Shown here: positions 63,054 to 64,000 of the stretch, one piece after another
Layout of the letters: each line of letters starts with the position of its first letter
Position numbering within the stretch: position 1 is the stretch's first letter
Assembly: GCA_002189035.1 (NCBI GenBank)
Contig: NEEC01000021.1
Coordinates: 1,550,001-1,614,000, forward strand
Reading direction: 5' to 3'
DNA: 64,000 nt
Source: Utricularia gibba
Lineage: Eukaryota; Plantae; Magnoliophyta
The notes under the pieces: generated by a model
What the model saw: the letters and a program-made list of their open reading frames with translations, nothing else
Told to the model about the DNA's origin: nothing
Databases searched by the model: none
Translations under genes and position numbers: made by a program

Positions 63054-64000
63054 TCAAGAAGAGGCTTTTGCCTTCATCTTTTGCTTCTTGGCATCTAAGG
63101 AAGCCAGCCCCGAACCCAAACCCACCGGAGGCGGATCCTGTTGATCAGGTTTGCGTTGATCCCCTTCTGTGTCCTGTGAGCCGTTTGAGGCACGCTGACT
63201 TGATTCCTTATTTGGTACATCCGTTGCGCTGCTGCCTGGTGCAGCATCTGGTGTAGCACCTGTGTTGATGATGTTGATAAGCTGTTGGGTGAGTGGTATG
63301 CCATGGGGGCGAATGAGAAGCCCCCTTGCTGCAGCTTTCTTTCGCATTTCTGCCGCAGCTCGAGCACCTCTCTCGTCAACGCCCCTTCCACGGGGTAGTC
63401 CATCAACGGCAATTCCATTGAAAGGTCTGTTTGCTGAACCGGCGTTGACAGCACCGCCAGCAACAGCAGCAGCTTGAAAAGCTTGGATCAAGTCCGGGTG
63501 AGCCTGTCCCATAGCACGAGTTTACAACATCAGTTTTGAACCTCCCTTTGTAGCATCTCAGTACATAAACTTAAGTTTACTGTTTTTTTTTTTGGAAAAA
63601 TAGAGGGGCACACCACACGACATTGGTATACAAAGGAATACTTTTTTCTTCAGCTTCCCCAGAATTTAAAATTGAAAACCATGCAAGGAGAATGTAATCC
63701 CTTGGAACGTGTGAGTACCTTTAGTATATCAATCGCCTTTTGTGCAGAAGCAGTATCCAGAGAACCTTTCTGCTTCTGAGCATTGTTCTGCAAACGCATG
63801 GAGTTAGTGGCGGAAATTTGATGGCATATCCAAGGGGGAAATTGTTAACAATAATAAAAAATCTCACTTGTAGCTCGCGCATCTTAAATTGTTTCATCCA
63901 GTTGAGGGACTCCTTGGTTCGTGAATCCTCCTCACCCAATTGTTTCAAGAGAACATCGTATGTTTTCTTTTCGTGCTGGAAAAAAATGAAACATGAAGCA
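63054..64000 (-). CDS. FMT: Clustered mitochondria protein (CLU/FRIENDLY), 3' end only
   Basis: KQLGEEDSRTKESLNWMKQFKMRELQ|NNAQKQKG...QKAIDILK|AHPDLIQAFQ...LPRGRGVDERGARAAAEMRKKAAARGLLIRP...PVGLGSGLASLDAKKQK. Confidence 0.92.

Overview
Very gene-dense plant (eudicot) nuclear DNA: about 26 gene loci in 64 kb, short GT-AG introns, several head-to-head promoters under 500 bp, and no full-length transposon. No rRNA, tRNA or CRISPR array is supported. In order: VAP27 (partial), an uncharacterised HNH-like/coiled-coil gene, CCT1, a small Zn-finger gene, VPS25, SPL8, DUO1 (with its miR159 site), an ATHB2/HAT-type HD-Zip II, a CLRERL-motif gene, two tandem FLZ genes, a uL18-like gene, a probable NDPK1 pseudogene, UBC, a type I M-gamma MADS gene, NRG2, an EF-hand gene, a CNGC7/8-like gene, plastid RPL3, a second EF-hand gene, mitochondrial citrate synthase, a HAT14-type HD-Zip II, an EML pseudogene, an OFUT20-like gene, UPM1, GFA2 and the CLU/FRIENDLY 3' end. 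Main caveat: many genes, including essential ones, carry 1-2 nt deletions in short homopolymer runs. This looks like an unpolished long-read assembly, so frameshifts alone are not evidence of pseudogenisation. Best leads: (1) the HNH-like coiled-coil protein with an Asn-to-Cys change at the last metal-ligand position; (2) an apparently gained intron with ATCAGG direct repeats in the M-gamma MADS gene; (3) two consecutive GC-AG introns in the OFUT gene; (4) substitution-type decay of NDPK1 and EML; (5) a minimal TSD-polyA insertion scar. I found no unambiguous new multi-gene system. Family calls come from remembered protein motifs, not database searches, and exon boundaries were read by eye.
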